Position numbers and translations under genes: made by a program. The notes beneath the pieces were generated by a model. That model made no database searches. It saw only the letters and a list, made by a program, of their open reading frames with translations, and was not told where the DNA came from. Below are positions 36,731-49,935 of a DNA stretch of 64,000 bases, piece by piece. Source of the DNA: Takakia lepidozioides (Eukaryota; Plantae; Bryophyta); NCBI GenBank assembly GCA_030704615.1, contig CM060731.1, positions 2,480,001 through 2,544,000 on the forward strand. Reading direction: 5' to 3'. Each line of letters opens with the position of its first letter. The first letter of the stretch is position 1.

Positions 36731-38624
36731 AGAGGTGTGGAGCGCTCCCCACCTTCCTAGTGGGGGATGAGATTTGACTGGTAGTTTGCCCTAGCCTTTT
36801 GGAGCTCCGGCCAGCGGGCCCCACCACCTCACACGCTTGCCTTAAACTCGTTGGGTAAGCGTAGTCCTCGCCATTGAAGCCTTGATTATGCATAATGTCA
36901 CTAAGTAAGCAACTACATGCACTCACTAAGCCGTTTTGTCATTTATCTTCCTTTTACACACAATACACAAGTACATAGATGATCTCTATGTTCAGTTTAA
37001 TTTGTCAAAAGCAAAATACTTAATGCATCGAGTATCTGAAGTATACCGATGTTCCCTACATGGAACACTGCAACTTCCCGTACATGGATTATAACCCTTA
37101 AAACCCAAGACAACATTATTTTGGTGCATCTCAATGTCACATTAGGTGCATTTTGCATAATGTTATGGTGCATCTTGCTTCATTTTCATTTTCATTCTGG
37201 TGTGTGTTTCTTACTTTCTACCCCGTTGCTCCATTCCATTGGATCACCCAGCATTCACCTAGGTTATGCACAGGCAAGGTGCAAACACCCAACCACTAGG
37301 CTACCTGTTTAAGTGCAGAGAAAAGTCATAATGCAGTGGGGTAAAAGGAGAGGATTATGATTATCGTTCCCCTCATTTGGGTGATTTGCAAAGAGTAGAA
37401 AAACCAGCAAATGGCGTGCTCTCAATATTTTATTACCTGGAATGATTTTCCAGTCGATATTTGTCACAGATGAGGTTAGTAGGCCTAAGGTAGTGACTAA
37501 GCAAGGAAGGGGAACAGTCAGAATGGCAAAGGCCAAGGGTTACACCTTAGGGTAGCAAGTAAGGGAATACCAAACGGTATTCTAAGAGCAAGGGGGGGAA
37601 TCCTCATGGAGTATTAAGGAGGACCTGGTGTGAGACTTTGGATAAGACATAGGCTTATCCTTGAAGAGCAAGGCTGTAGACAACTAGACTTCGTGATTAT
37701 TCGTGGCAGTAGAGGATTCTAGGTTGGGTGGTTAACTTGCTCATACAGTGTTAATGTGGAGACTGGTTTACTAGATTAAGATAGGACTCTGACGATATCC
37801 AAGTATGGTCCTCAAAAGTACCCAAAGAATCCACTTTTAAGTCCAAAGTACGATTATTTGAAGTATTTGAAAGTATCCGATCATTTTCCCATGTTGATCT
37901 GCCGATCCATGATCTAGGGCATTTAGAGTCTTACTGGAAGACTTTGTCCAGCAGCCAGAGTATGGTCCTTTGAGGTCCAAAACTATCCAATTGATGCTTT
38001 TTATTGTTCAATAGTAGTAAGTTGTTTTGGGTGCATAGAGGCAAAAATATGGCTTCTGTGGGGCACTTGTCTACAGATTATTTGGTCTCACTGGAAGACA
38101 ATGTCCAATACATTGCAGAGGAGGATCTCTGATGGATTACAAAATATCATTGATTAGTAGTGGCTCCTGTATCAACCGGTTCACATGTATCCATGTCTTT
38201 TTGATACCATCTTGAAATTCAACCAATATGATGGGGGAGGGAAAGAATGGCAATTTTGAAATGTTTTTTTTAATGGGAAAACTCAAATTCTCTCGGAAGA
38301 GGGAGAGTCAGTTGGGTTTGAAAACTTTACTGGCTTTGAGGGAACTTGAACTCTCTCCGTAGAAGGAGAGTGGATGGGTTTCCATTTTTATTGTCTTTTG
38401 GTCCCAAGCGAGAGAGCAAATACCAATGGCAGTGACTTTGGGTTCTTTAACCTCAGGGCAAGTGTTCTCCATTTTCCACCATATGTAGGTCCTTTCCAAA
38501 GCGTGGATTTTTTTTTTTCCATGTTTTTAGTTCCCGAACGTGTAGTTTATGATTTGAAGTGACAAAATTGCGTTCAATTTGCATATTAGACTGTCTTAAA
38601 AGTGATAAATTGGAATGTGCTTCA

Positions 38625-40780
38625 TATCGACGAACATCTATTGCTTCACGGCATTCCTTCTGCTGGCAGTTTGCCAATTCACTGGACGCACCAATTGGCG
38701 GTCATTTGAATTTTTAAAAATGAAAAAATTCAAGCGACCACGAATATTGGCAATCGATTGTAATGTAAAAAATGCAAAAATGCAAACAAGTGTCGACGCT
38801 TGAATTTTCAAAAATGGAAAAATTCAAACGACCGCCAATATTGGTTGTCGCTTGTAATGTAAAAAAACACAAAAATACAAACGAACGCCAATATTGGCGG
38901 TCGCTAGAATTCTTAAAAATGGAAAATTTCAAGACACCGTCAATGTTGCCAGTCGCTTCATTTTTAACAAAAAAAAAAACAAGCGATTGCCAACATCGGT
39001 AGTCACATCATTTAAAAAAATAAAAAATACAAGCGACGTCAATATTGGCGGTCGCTTGTAATTTTAAAAATAAAAAAATACAAGCAACCGCCAATATTGC
39101 TGGTCGTTTGAGTTAATAATTCATTTTTAAATAAAAATATCATTTATTTATAAAATGGTTAATTCAAGCGACCGTCCATATTGGTAGTAGCTTACATTTT
39201 GGTTTTTTTAAATCCAGGCGACCGTCAATATTGACAGACCTTTCTCATTTTATTTTCTTAAAAATAAAATTATGAATTCAAACGACAGCCAATATTGGGG
39301 GCCGCTTGTATTTTTTCTTTTTTTAAAAAAAAACAATGGCCAATATTGACGATAGTTTTTTTTTTCCCTTAAAACGAAGCGACTGCCAATATTGGTGGTC
39401 ACGTGAATTTTTCCATTTCTTAAAATTCAAGCGACCGCCAACAATATTGGCCATTGTGAGGGATTCAGAAAAAGGAGAGTTGTATTTTTTTGATGCAAAA
39501 TAAATTAGTCGTGAACTTTAAAAATAAAAATAAAAAAACGACCTCCATTATGGCAGTCGTTTGTAGCTTAGAAAATGCACAAATACCAGCGACCGCCTAT
39601 ATTGGCGATCGCTTGAATTAATAAAAATTTAGATAAATATAGAAAAAGATTTTCTAATTGAAATATGAGTATAAAAATATTATTTTATCATTTTTGAAAA
39701 CATGGCCGCTAATATTGGGGTCGCTTGTAATTTAAAAATATGCAACAATACTTAAATTGGTTTATTTAGAAAATAAACCAACCAGGGGGATAAATAAATA
39801 AATAAATAAATAACATCAATATTGGCGGTCGCTTCTATTTTTATTTTATTTTTTTAATTACAAGATTTTTCCATTTTCTAAAATTCAAACAGTCGCTTGA
39901 ATTGTTCCATTTTTAAAAAATTCAAGCGACCCCCAATATTTGGGGTCGCTTGAATTTTTGCATTTATCAAATTACGGTATTGGGTCGCTTGTATTTTTGT
40001 ATTTTTTAAATTACAAACGACCGCCATTGGCAGTCGCTAGAATTTTTCTATTTTTTAAAATTCAAGCGACCGCCAATATTGGCGGTCATTCGAATTGTTC
40101 CAATATTGGGGATCGCTTGAATTTTTCCATTTATTAAAATTCAAACAATCGCCAATATGGGCGATCGCTTGAATTTTTGCATTTTTGTTTTGTTATGTTG
40201 TTTATTTTATTTTTTTCTTGGGGGGGGGGGGGCCAAGGGTAGCAGCCTTGATTAATTTTATTCATGAATTATTGTGTTTTTTTTAATTATAAAAAATTCG
40301 AGCGACCACCAATATGGGCGCTCCCTTGAATATTTTCTATTTTTAAAAATTCAAGAGACCGCCAATATCGGCGGGCGAACATGAGCTCAACCCGCAAGGA
40401 TTCCACACGGCCCTACCGGCCGTGGCCTGTCTAAGCTGCCACGTAAGTAGGGCAATTGTGTAGGAAGCCATAATGGCGGTCGCTTGAAAATGAAGAAAAT
40501 ACAGCGAATGTAAATGGTATCACATCAACCGTTTGTGACATAGGCATATCGTGCAAACAAAAGACAATTACGGAGAGTTGAGCTCTTGCATGAACTTACA
40601 TTTCCAGCGTAGGGCGTAGGAGGTGCATTGCACATTGTGAGGCGAATCACTCATAAACCGGGGCCATATTCCATATAGCTTGGCAGCGCTAATGTACGTG
40701 GAGTTGATATTGTTGCGTCCAATGGATTGGCATATTGCCAGCAGGAGGAACGCCTTGAAGCAATACATGTTCGTCGACAT
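38625..40780. mobile_element. Non-autonomous TIR/foldback element with dense palindromic internal repeats
   Basis: ~70-bp diverged inverted termini (38625-38692 / 40712-40780); dozens of CAAGCGACCGCCAATATTGGCGGTCGCTTG-type motifs in an AT-rich matrix. Confidence 0.65.
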
Positions 40781-40942
40781 CCCGGACATATTTATGCCCC
40801 AGGGGGGCAGAGCCAGTACGGATACTTCAACAACGTGACGAGGTGGAAGGACAAACATCGGAGGTATTGGAACATGGGGTGGACACTAGAGCAATGGCGG
40901 TGTCAAAGGTGGAGGAGGAACAAGTACATACAAAAGTGCGAG

Positions 40943-41675
40943 AGTGCGAGAGTGAGAAATATCCAACATTAGGAGGTTAAGGGAGGAGAGAGATTGTCTG
41001 TAAATGTATCACAATTCCATCACTGAACTGCCCTGTAATTGAGACGCAAACAATGCCCTGCGGCAGAGCACCTGAAAGGGGTCCCTGAACTCCCACAGAG
41101 CTCTCATCCACTCCCTGGCCTGCATGACCCCCCCCCCCCGCCCCCCTCATCCATACTAGTGCCCTATAGTGATGCACCCCCTCCAAGTGTGCCATGTTGG
41201 TCATGAGGGATTTCCAACCATGTTCCTTGCAGTAGTTGTACTCTATCCGAGAGGGCATCCTCTTAAACACCCGTTGCTACACATGCCAAAAATTAAAGTT
41301 AGTTCTTCACGATGATGGAGCCATAAAGAAGACATAACAAAATACATAGGGAAGTATGACTTACAAATCGAGTGATAAAACCCTTGGATCCGTCGGGGCC
41401 CCACTCAACAGCACACCACAGATGGCAAGCGTGGGCGAAGCTGACGATGCGATCGCCGTCCAGCTCCGACACGACCTCGCCGATATCTGGCGCGATCGCG
41501 TCGTCAGCTTTGCCCACACTTGCCGTCTATGGTATGTTGTTGCCTCGTCGTGTACAACTCAACATTGTTTGCGTCTCAATTACAGGGCAGTTCAGTGATG
41601 GGATTGTGATTCATTTATAGACAATCTCTCTCCTCCCTTACCCTCCTAATGTTGGATATTTCTCACTCCCGCACT
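40943..41675. repeat. Inverted-repeat (MITE/foldback-like) element with nested hairpin
   Basis: Arms 40943-41055 and 41563-41675 are reverse complements; internal stem ~41416-41457 / ~41489-41534. Confidence 0.8.
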
Positions 41676-42949
41676 GTGTCTTGCACACCAGACACAAGGA
41701 AGCACACTCTCTCGCCCAACGCAGTCTCTCAAGTTCCCAAAGTACTTGGGGAATCTTACATACGGCAACGCCTTTTGGAACTTCAACGACGTTTTCTCGC
41801 CCCTGTTCCCATGCAATGGAAAACAACGACGTCTCTCCAAACAATGGATTCAAAGCCTGCGTGATCTGCACCCAGCTGTGCTGGAGCGTTGTTAACCGCT
41901 GGTTTGTGACTTAAGCGAAATGGACTTTCAACAGTGCAGCCTATTTTCCCAAGACACTTGACAGAGGTTGTCCGATGGTATGTCTGCAGAACGATTACAT
42001 AATAGTCGTTAATGGCTAATCAGTAGTGGTAGGAACTTAGGCGAAGCTATATATCACTATAGCTGCGACTAAGTCCTATGTAAGCATACAGCAAGGCAGT
42101 ACACTATGTGCTACTGTGAACAAGATCTATTCAGAGATGATGTACTTTCTCACCATCTCACGTTCTCTCATCATGCATATTCTCTCTATCTCACGTTCTC
42201 TCTACACATAAGTACTTGGAAAAGCATTGTTTTACTTCAGAGTCATCACATCATAGCACAAGTACATGTCGAGTGGCTTTTACTCACCCATCCCTTCGCT
42301 ATTCGAGGTGGAAACTCCAAGATAGAAGAGTTGGATATCTCTAAGCACTCAGCCCGCTCAGAACAATCAGTCATGACCTGCAGCTAGTGTATCATGGTTG
42401 TGCTTCCTATTTGTATTCCTTCTCGCCTTCATGTTATCAATTTACCTTACCGTGTATACTGAAGCATCAGATTGCTTCAGTATCTACTAATTTCCCGTTA
42501 ATCATGCATTCATTCCACAACTTCACTCATGTCTCTCTACGCAGTGCGATTGTATCGAATAAGTATCAAATTATGATTTATCAGTATAAGGCCAATGCCA
42601 TGGTGACACTAATCCGCCCTACAGTATCACTACAGCTTTGCATGTAACAAGCATCTACTGTTCATCTCTCCTGCTTCTCCGTGCTCTCGTTCTTCCTCTC
42701 CGCCTGATCTCCTCTCATGCATGACTCAGAAGCGCTCCCTGTGAAGTGATCCTCTTTTCGTTGCCGCTCTCCTTATCTACCCGCAAGCTGTTCTAACCAC
42801 CTAACTAACTAACCGTCATCCCTGAAGTAACCCGTTCCCTCTGCAAATGTCGTTCCCTCACAGTCGTTCCCTGTCAATGATAACTGTTCCCTATGTACTG
42901 TGACAGGCTGTGTGAAGCTGTGTCGGGCTGTGCCGGCTGTGATTGGCTA

Positions 42950-45900
42950 AGATAGTACATAGTTATTTGTTGGTAGCCTCTGCCTGCCCATTACCCTGTG
43001 GGTAATATGTTGTACACTTCCTATGCACAATCATGAACTCTTTAGTCAATAGTTCAATGGTCTCATTAATGAAGTGACTTCCCTGATCACTGATAAATTC
43101 CAGGGGACACTGAAATGGTTTAGTAGGCATCGTAGGATGCAAAGCCATCTTCCCAGATCTTTGCAAAGGTCCTAGCCTTTGACATTGATCACAACTCTGA
43201 CAATACTTGTGTACATCTTTGAACAAAGTAGGCCACCAGTATCCTGCAAGTAGTATCTTCCTACTGGTAGTCTCTTCTCCAAAATGACCTCCAGTCACTC
43301 CTTTATGAACTTCCTCCAAAACTTAATTTACTTCATGGTGATACAAGCATCGTTTAAGTACTCCATCAGGTCCTAGCTTATACATTCTGCCCCCTACCAT
43401 AGTATAAGGTAAAGCCTTGATAGCGATTTTCTTCCTCTGCTCCTTACCATAACTAGGTGGGCACTGACCATGAGTAAGGTAGTATCTGATTGGCCACTGC
43501 CAATCTAACCATTCATCTGCACTTCCCTGCACCTCCATTGCAAATAAACTCGCATCAGGTAATTGGTCGTCTACTCCTGTGGCGGGCTCTCCTGTTGTTA
43601 GGCGTGACAAATGATCTGCCACAAGATGCAAACGGCCAGGCTTGTAAACAACTTCAAACTCAAACTCGTGCAAAATTATTAATCACCTTGCTATCCTTCC
43701 ACTTATCAAAGGTTTGTTCACCAGATATATCAAGCCTGGTGATCCACATAAACATAAACTTTCTTCCCAATAGGTAATGCCTGAATTTCTTGACTGCATA
43801 AATCATTGCCAGTGCTTCTCTTTCAGTTGTGCTATAGTTCCTTTCAGCACTGTTCATCAACCTGCTAGCATAGTACACAGGTGAATCTATATTTCCTGTA
43901 ACATTTTGGGCTAACACCGCTCCCAACGCTTCTCCTGAGGCATCACAGTGAACATGAAATACTACATGCCAGTGAGGGTTAATTAGCACAGGTGTAGTTG
44001 TTACTGACAATGTAAGTTCCTCAAAAGCCTGTTGACATTCAGCTGTCCATGCAAACACTGCATCTTTCTTCAGAAGCTTGCTCAATGGTGATGCTATCTG
44101 TGCATACCTTTTGACAAATCTTCTGTAATAACTAGTTTGTCCAAGGAATCTCCTTAGACTTTTAACATTTACTGGTGGTGGAGAGGCTTTAATAGCCTCT
44201 GTCTTCCTGGGATCCACAAGAAGTCCCCTCTTACACACAATGTGTCCCAAAAGCACCCCTGAGTTCACACAGAAAGTACACTTCTCTGGATTCAGACCCA
44301 GACCTCTCATCCTGCATCTAGCCAAACATAACTCCAATTTATGCAAGTGCTCATTCTTAGAGCTGTACACACTGAAATCATCCAAGAACACCTGCATGAA
44401 ATCATCCAGATACTCATGAAAAGATTCACTTATCACTCTCTGAAAGGTTGCAAGTGCATTACAAAGTCCAAAAGGCATGACTTTGTATGCATAAGCACCC
44501 CAGTCTGTGATGAAAGTTGTCTTTCCCTGGTCTTCTTCTGTCACTTGCACTTGATTATAACCACTGAAGCCATCCATGAATGAGTACATCTCATGGCCTG
44601 CCACAGTGTCCAATACCGCTTTTGTGAATGGCAAGGGAAAATGATCTTTCTTCGTGCAAGCATTCAACTTCTTATAGTTCACACAAACTCTCAGTTTACC
44701 ATTCTTCTTGGGAACTATCACAATGGGTGACAACCAAGTTGTATACTCTATCTATATAAACTTAGCCTCAGCCAACTTCTTGATCTCTTCTCCAACCTTC
44801 TGTGCATAGTTGGGATTCATTCTGTACCTTGCCTGTTTGATTGGTACTGACCCTGGTTCCAGTTCAATCTTATGCTGACAGATCTCAGGTGGTATCCCTT
44901 TTAGATCCTCGTAGCTCCAAGCAAATACATCTCTGTATTTGATGAACAAACTCTTAGCTTCCTCAAAGAATTCTGGCTCCAAATCAGCCCCTACCTTCAC
45001 CATCCTCGGTTCCTCTTCAATTCCCACATTCACTTCTCTCACCTGCTCATCAGCTGTGATTGTCCAACCAGTCACCACTTCATCCTGTAAACTCACAGTG
45101 GCTGGTTCCTCTAGGATTTCCATTTCTCCCTCTCTTTCTTCATAGAAATGTGGTGGGTAACTGCTTGTTTCACCCTCAACTGGTGTTGCTGTCACTACAC
45201 CACAACAGATACCTTTTAAACAACTTAGGCCTTCCAGCTGCATCTCTGCAACCTGCTCCCACTCTGGGTGTGCAGCGAACAGGGTAGCTTCCTGCTCCTC
45301 ATCAAGTCCTTCCCTCCAGTCATACTCCCTGACCCCTCGAGGTCTTCTCGTAGCAGGTAATCTACTAGATTTCTTAGTGGTAATTTGTATCTTGTGCATC
45401 CCATCATGCACAGTTAGTAACTGGGAATTCCAGTCATGGAATACCCTGGCCTGTTTCAGCCACGGACGTCCCAACAATAAAGAGTAAGCGTCCATGACTT
45501 CATCCATTTTCAACACAGTTACTGTGATCATAAAGATCATCTTTTGAATCTGTATATTAACTCCTCTTATCAATCCCAATGGTTGTACACTTCTTTGATC
45601 TGCCATTGTTACTGTAAATGGGGCTGGTTTCATGTTACTTAGACCAAGCTTCTGCCTTAATTGGTCTGTCATGATATTCACTCCAGAGCCTCCATCTATC
45701 AGTACATCACTTAGTTCTGTGCCTCCAATTCTCAATTGGATTACTGGCATAGAATCATCAAAGTCCATGACTGTTTCTCGCCCTTTCGGCTTCACATTAT
45801 AACTGATTACCTTGCTGTTCAGGTCTGTGTTCCCTGTCACATGGGCAATTTGATTGATTGCTTGATACAGCCTGTGTCTACAATAAGGTGCTACAACCAA

Positions 45901-48244
45901 TAGCTGTCTAATGGTAATCTCCGCTGTGGACTGGCATATTACTTCAGCCAAAGTCCCTTCATTACTCTGCATATCTGCAGCTTCTTTCTTCCCTTTATCC
46001 TCACTCACTTCCTCTTCTCTTTCAGAATCAGAGGACTCTGCCATAGGAATATCAGTACTCTTCTGCATTTCCCTTATGGTATCTGTCACTTCCTTGTGCA
46101 GTTCCTTCTCATCTCTCCAATCCTCATCATCTTCAGGCACATCACTGCCATCTTCATTATCATCATCTTCCTCATCTACTGGAGGTATTAGTTTGGCTTT
46201 GCTTCTCGTTACTATCATTGTACTTACTTCTGGTACAACACATGGCCTAACCATGTGAGCTGCCACCATTGGCCCCTCATTCACAGGAGCTCTCATCTCA
46301 TTCTGGTGTCTGATCCAGAATGAACAGGCTGCCTTGCGATGTCCTGGCTGATTACAATAGTAACATAGTTCTTCACCATTGGGTCCTCGCCCTTGGTCTG
46401 CTCTTGGATTATTTCTGTAATCCTGATTCCCGGGCTGGTAATTCCCCCTTGGATTACCCTGATAGTTGCCTCTGGAATTTCCTTGGTAATTCCCTCTTGC
46501 ATTACCTCTCCCTTCCATGCCATTGTTATAACCACCAGACCTACCATAGTGGTCCTGATCATTGTTTCTTCTTGGCTGGGGCTGCACCTGATGCACCCTT
46601 ACTTGCCTAGGTTCTCTGCAACTGTCCTTCTGTTGTAGTAACAATTCTCAGTAGAATGGTTTTCCATTTTACAGATAGTACAGTGTTTCTCCTTCATGTG
46701 GCATTCTGTGGTGGTATGGCCTTCATTCTGGCACTTTGCACCCATACACCCTTCCTCCAATGTGTTGCAGCCTCTGTGGCATACTTCTTCAAGATTTCTT
46801 CCAATCTTTTCTCATAGTTATCCCTCTTCAACTTCTCCTTTCTCTTACTCTTCCTTTTTAGTTCTTGCTCTTCTTCTTCATCTGACTCATCCTCAGAGTC
46901 CTCATCATCCTTTTCTCTCTCCTGAGCATTCCCAATTGCTCAATCCTGTTTGCAGTTTCAAATGCCTCCTCCACTGTATTATGGGGTAACATATCCACTT
47001 TCTTTTGCAACTCTGGTCTTAGTCCACTCACAAACCAAGTCTTCTGTAAACCTGGTGCTGGTACTGCAGTCAGCTTTTTCATCATCAATTCCATCTTTTC
47101 CATATACTCCTCAACAGTTTCATGCTTCTTTTGCTTTAACTGTTGTAAACTTCCATACACTTCATCCTCAGTTTTACTTGTCCTGAACCTATTTCGGAAT
47201 GAATACATTCCAGGTTAGGAAATGATTATCAGGGAATCTTGCATACCATTCACTTGCTTTCTTTATAAGTGAACAAGGAAACAGTCTCATCTTGGCATCA
47301 TCGCCATTCTCATTGTTCACAATACACATGTGCTCAAATTGGCTAATGTGTACATCAGGATCCCCTTTTCCTAAATATATTGGAAAAGGTGGTTTTGCCC
47401 GTGTTGGTTGTAACACCATCTGTGGCCCTACCTTCTGCCCACTGACAGATGCTGGCCCCCTTGCTGGTGCTAGTCCTTGAGGACCTGTTGTAGTTGTGGT
47501 GGAACTTCCACCAAATGGTGGCCCCTGAGCACTCCCTACTACTGGCCCCACTATATTCACAGTATTCCCAGCTCCAGTTGCACTACTTCCCACACTCCCT
47601 GTCCCCCCAGAGCCAGATCCAGGCTGCTCGCCTAATCCCCCTGAGCCGACACCTTCATTGGCCTGTGATCCAAGTGCTCCACTTGATCCAGGTCCAACGG
47701 GTTGGGATGTCTTGGTTGTAGTCTCAACCTCAGCTGTTGGGTCTACTTCTTCATACTCTTCCTCTTCCAATTTCTTCTCTCTGTTTTCATCCTCCAAGTT
47801 CTGCCCTTGGGTTTCTTCTTCACTCATGTAACTCAACTGCAATGGTGTTGGAGAGTCTGAACTCTCCGTTGGCTCTGCCACATCCTCTCCTCCTTCTTCA
47901 TCTTCCGTCTCAGAAACTGGAGTTCCTGCTTTTGGTGTTCCATGCCAACTCTTATCAAAGATTTCTGTCAAATCTTTTATCCAGGGATGTACCTCAGATC
48001 TTTCACCTCGTGGTTGATCTTCATCCTGTACCAATTCCCTTAATCTTTCTTGCAAAGAAAAAGAAGGAGTGGCATCCAACTCTAGTTCTTCCGGTATGGG
48101 TGATGTACTCTCTGATCTTAATGGTGTGAGAGGTCCAGATGATTCCCCTATGTCTATTCCTCTCTTCCAAAGATATGGATAATTAGCTTTCAGATAACTT
48201 TCTCTTTTTGCTGAATCTCTGGAGTCTAGCTTCTCTTTCATCAC
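42950..48244 (-). pseudogene. gag-pol of element B
   Basis: Gag YLGKGDPDVHISQF; knuckle CYYCNQPGHRKAAC; PR VLIDGGSG; RT FLDDFSVY; RH VHCDASG; IN HHCC; stops, frameshifts and an in-frame deletion in the IN core. Confidence 0.95.
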
Positions 48245-48836
48245 TCAGGTCCCATGTCTTTTATTTCTTTAATGTGGCAGTAACCAAAACTCTCTTCTGT
48301 AGTATCTCTCGTATATGCCTAGGTTTCTTTCAAGCTTCAATGCACCCTTGGCTATACTAGAAGTCTCCGTTACCATATAACCATATGGCAAACAAGTCTG
48401 GAAAGTTGTTCTTGGTGTGAGTTTGATCCACAGAACATCCTTTGGAATCCAATTCTTTACCAGTACAAGCTCCTCATGCATATGAGTATAAACATTCATC
48501 TTCCTTTCCTCCTAGCCTTCAAACTCTACTCGCTTAATGGATAGCAATGCTATCACATAAACCAGTGTTGGTAACCAACGTGCTCTTCCTCTACAGGCCA
48601 CCTGATAAATCTTTATCACTCCTTTCTCCAGACCCCACTCAGGGTTAGCATCATGCACTCTCTTAAGAATGTTTTCTTTACAACCGTCTGACAATTCCAA
48701 GAACCTCTGAAAGAATTGTTTGGACAATCTTTCCTTCTCAGTTTCACAGGGAATTTGATTCACATCAAATTCTTTAATTCTCCAACCACCATGATCCCAC
48801 CAGATGCCTGTCACATCTGGCTGTTCATGACCCATT

Positions 48837-48854
48837 TCCCCAGTATGGTCGCCA
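48837..48854 (-). promoter_or_regulatory. Primer-binding site of element B (tRNA not assigned; resembles Arg-type PBS of Tat/Ogre)
   Basis: TGGCGACCATACTGGGGA begins 2 nt after the LTR-terminal CA. Confidence 0.85.
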
Positions 48855-49489
48855 AATGTCGAGCGGCTTTTACTCACCCATCCCTTCGCTATCCAAGGTG
48901 GAAACTCCAAGATAGAAGAGTTGGATATCTCCAAGCACTCAGCCCGCTCAAAACAATCAGTCATGACCTGCAGCTAGTGTATCATGGTTGTGCTTCCTAT
49001 TTGTATTCCTTCTCGCCTTCATGTTATCAATTTACCTTACCGTGTATACTGAAGCATCAGATTGCTTCAGTATCTACTAATTTCCCGTTAATCATGCATT
49101 CATTCCACAACTTCACTCATGTCTCTCTACGCAGTGCGATTGTATCGAATAAGTATCAAATTATGATTTATCAGTATAAGGCCAATGCCATGGTGACACT
49201 AATCCGCCCTACAGTATCACTACAGCTTTGCATGTAACAAGCATCTACTGTTCATCTCTCCTGCTTCTCCGTGCTCTCATTCTTCATCTCCGCCTGATCT
49301 CCTCTCATGCATGACTTAGAAGCGCTCCCTGTGAAGTGATCCTCTTTTCGTTGCCGCTCTCCTTATCTACCCTCAAGCTGTTCTAACCACCTAACTAACT
49401 AACTGTCATCCCTGAAGTAACCCGTTCCCTCTGCAGATGTCGTTCCCTCACAGTCGTCCCCTGTCAATGATAACTGTTCCCTATGTACT

Positions 49490-49810
49490 ATGACAGGCTG
49501 TGTCAAGCTGTGCCGAGCTGCTGTGTTAGCCTGTGCTGTGTGTCGGACTGTGTCTGGCTGTGCTGTGTATGTGTGTCGGGCTGTGTGAAGCTGTGCTGTG
49601 GCTGTGTCGGGCTGTGCCGGCTGTGTGACTGGCTGTGCGAAGCTGTGACTGGCTGTGTCTGGCTGTGTCGGGTTGTGTGAAGCTGTGTCGGGCTTGTGTC
49701 AGGCTGTGTCGGGCTGTGCCGGCTGTGACTGGCTGTGCGAAGCTGTGACTGGCTGTGTCTGGCTGTGTCGGGTTGTGTGAAGCTGTGTCGGGCTGTGTCA
49801 GGCTGTGTCA
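49490..49810. repeat. GCTGTG(TC/A) tandem motif array in the LTR of B
   Basis: Directly visible; homologous array at 26935-27150. Confidence 0.9.
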
Positions 49811-49935
49811 CCCCCCCTCAAGCCTGCTGCTGCCACCCCTAAAGCTCCTGTTGGTCTCAGTCTGCTCAAAAATTAAGGGTACTCTACAGAACCCATAAAA
49901 AGTGTCTAAGTCCCAAGCAGCCCTCTAACAGTACA

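Larger units (their letters stand above)
42267..49930 (-). mobile_element. Ty3/Gypsy non-chromovirus LTR retrotransposon B (Athila/Phygy-like), recent but defective
   Basis: TG...CA ends; 5-bp TSD GTACA at 42262-42266 and 49931-49935; 5' LTR 48857-49930; 3' LTR remnant 42267-~42948; PBS; gag-PR-RT-RH-IN order. Confidence 0.97.

Noticed and set aside
38690-40490. CRISPR-like array of palindromic repeats
   Set aside because: Irregular spacing, mixed orientation, non-unique AT-rich spacers, eukaryotic context and no cas genes.
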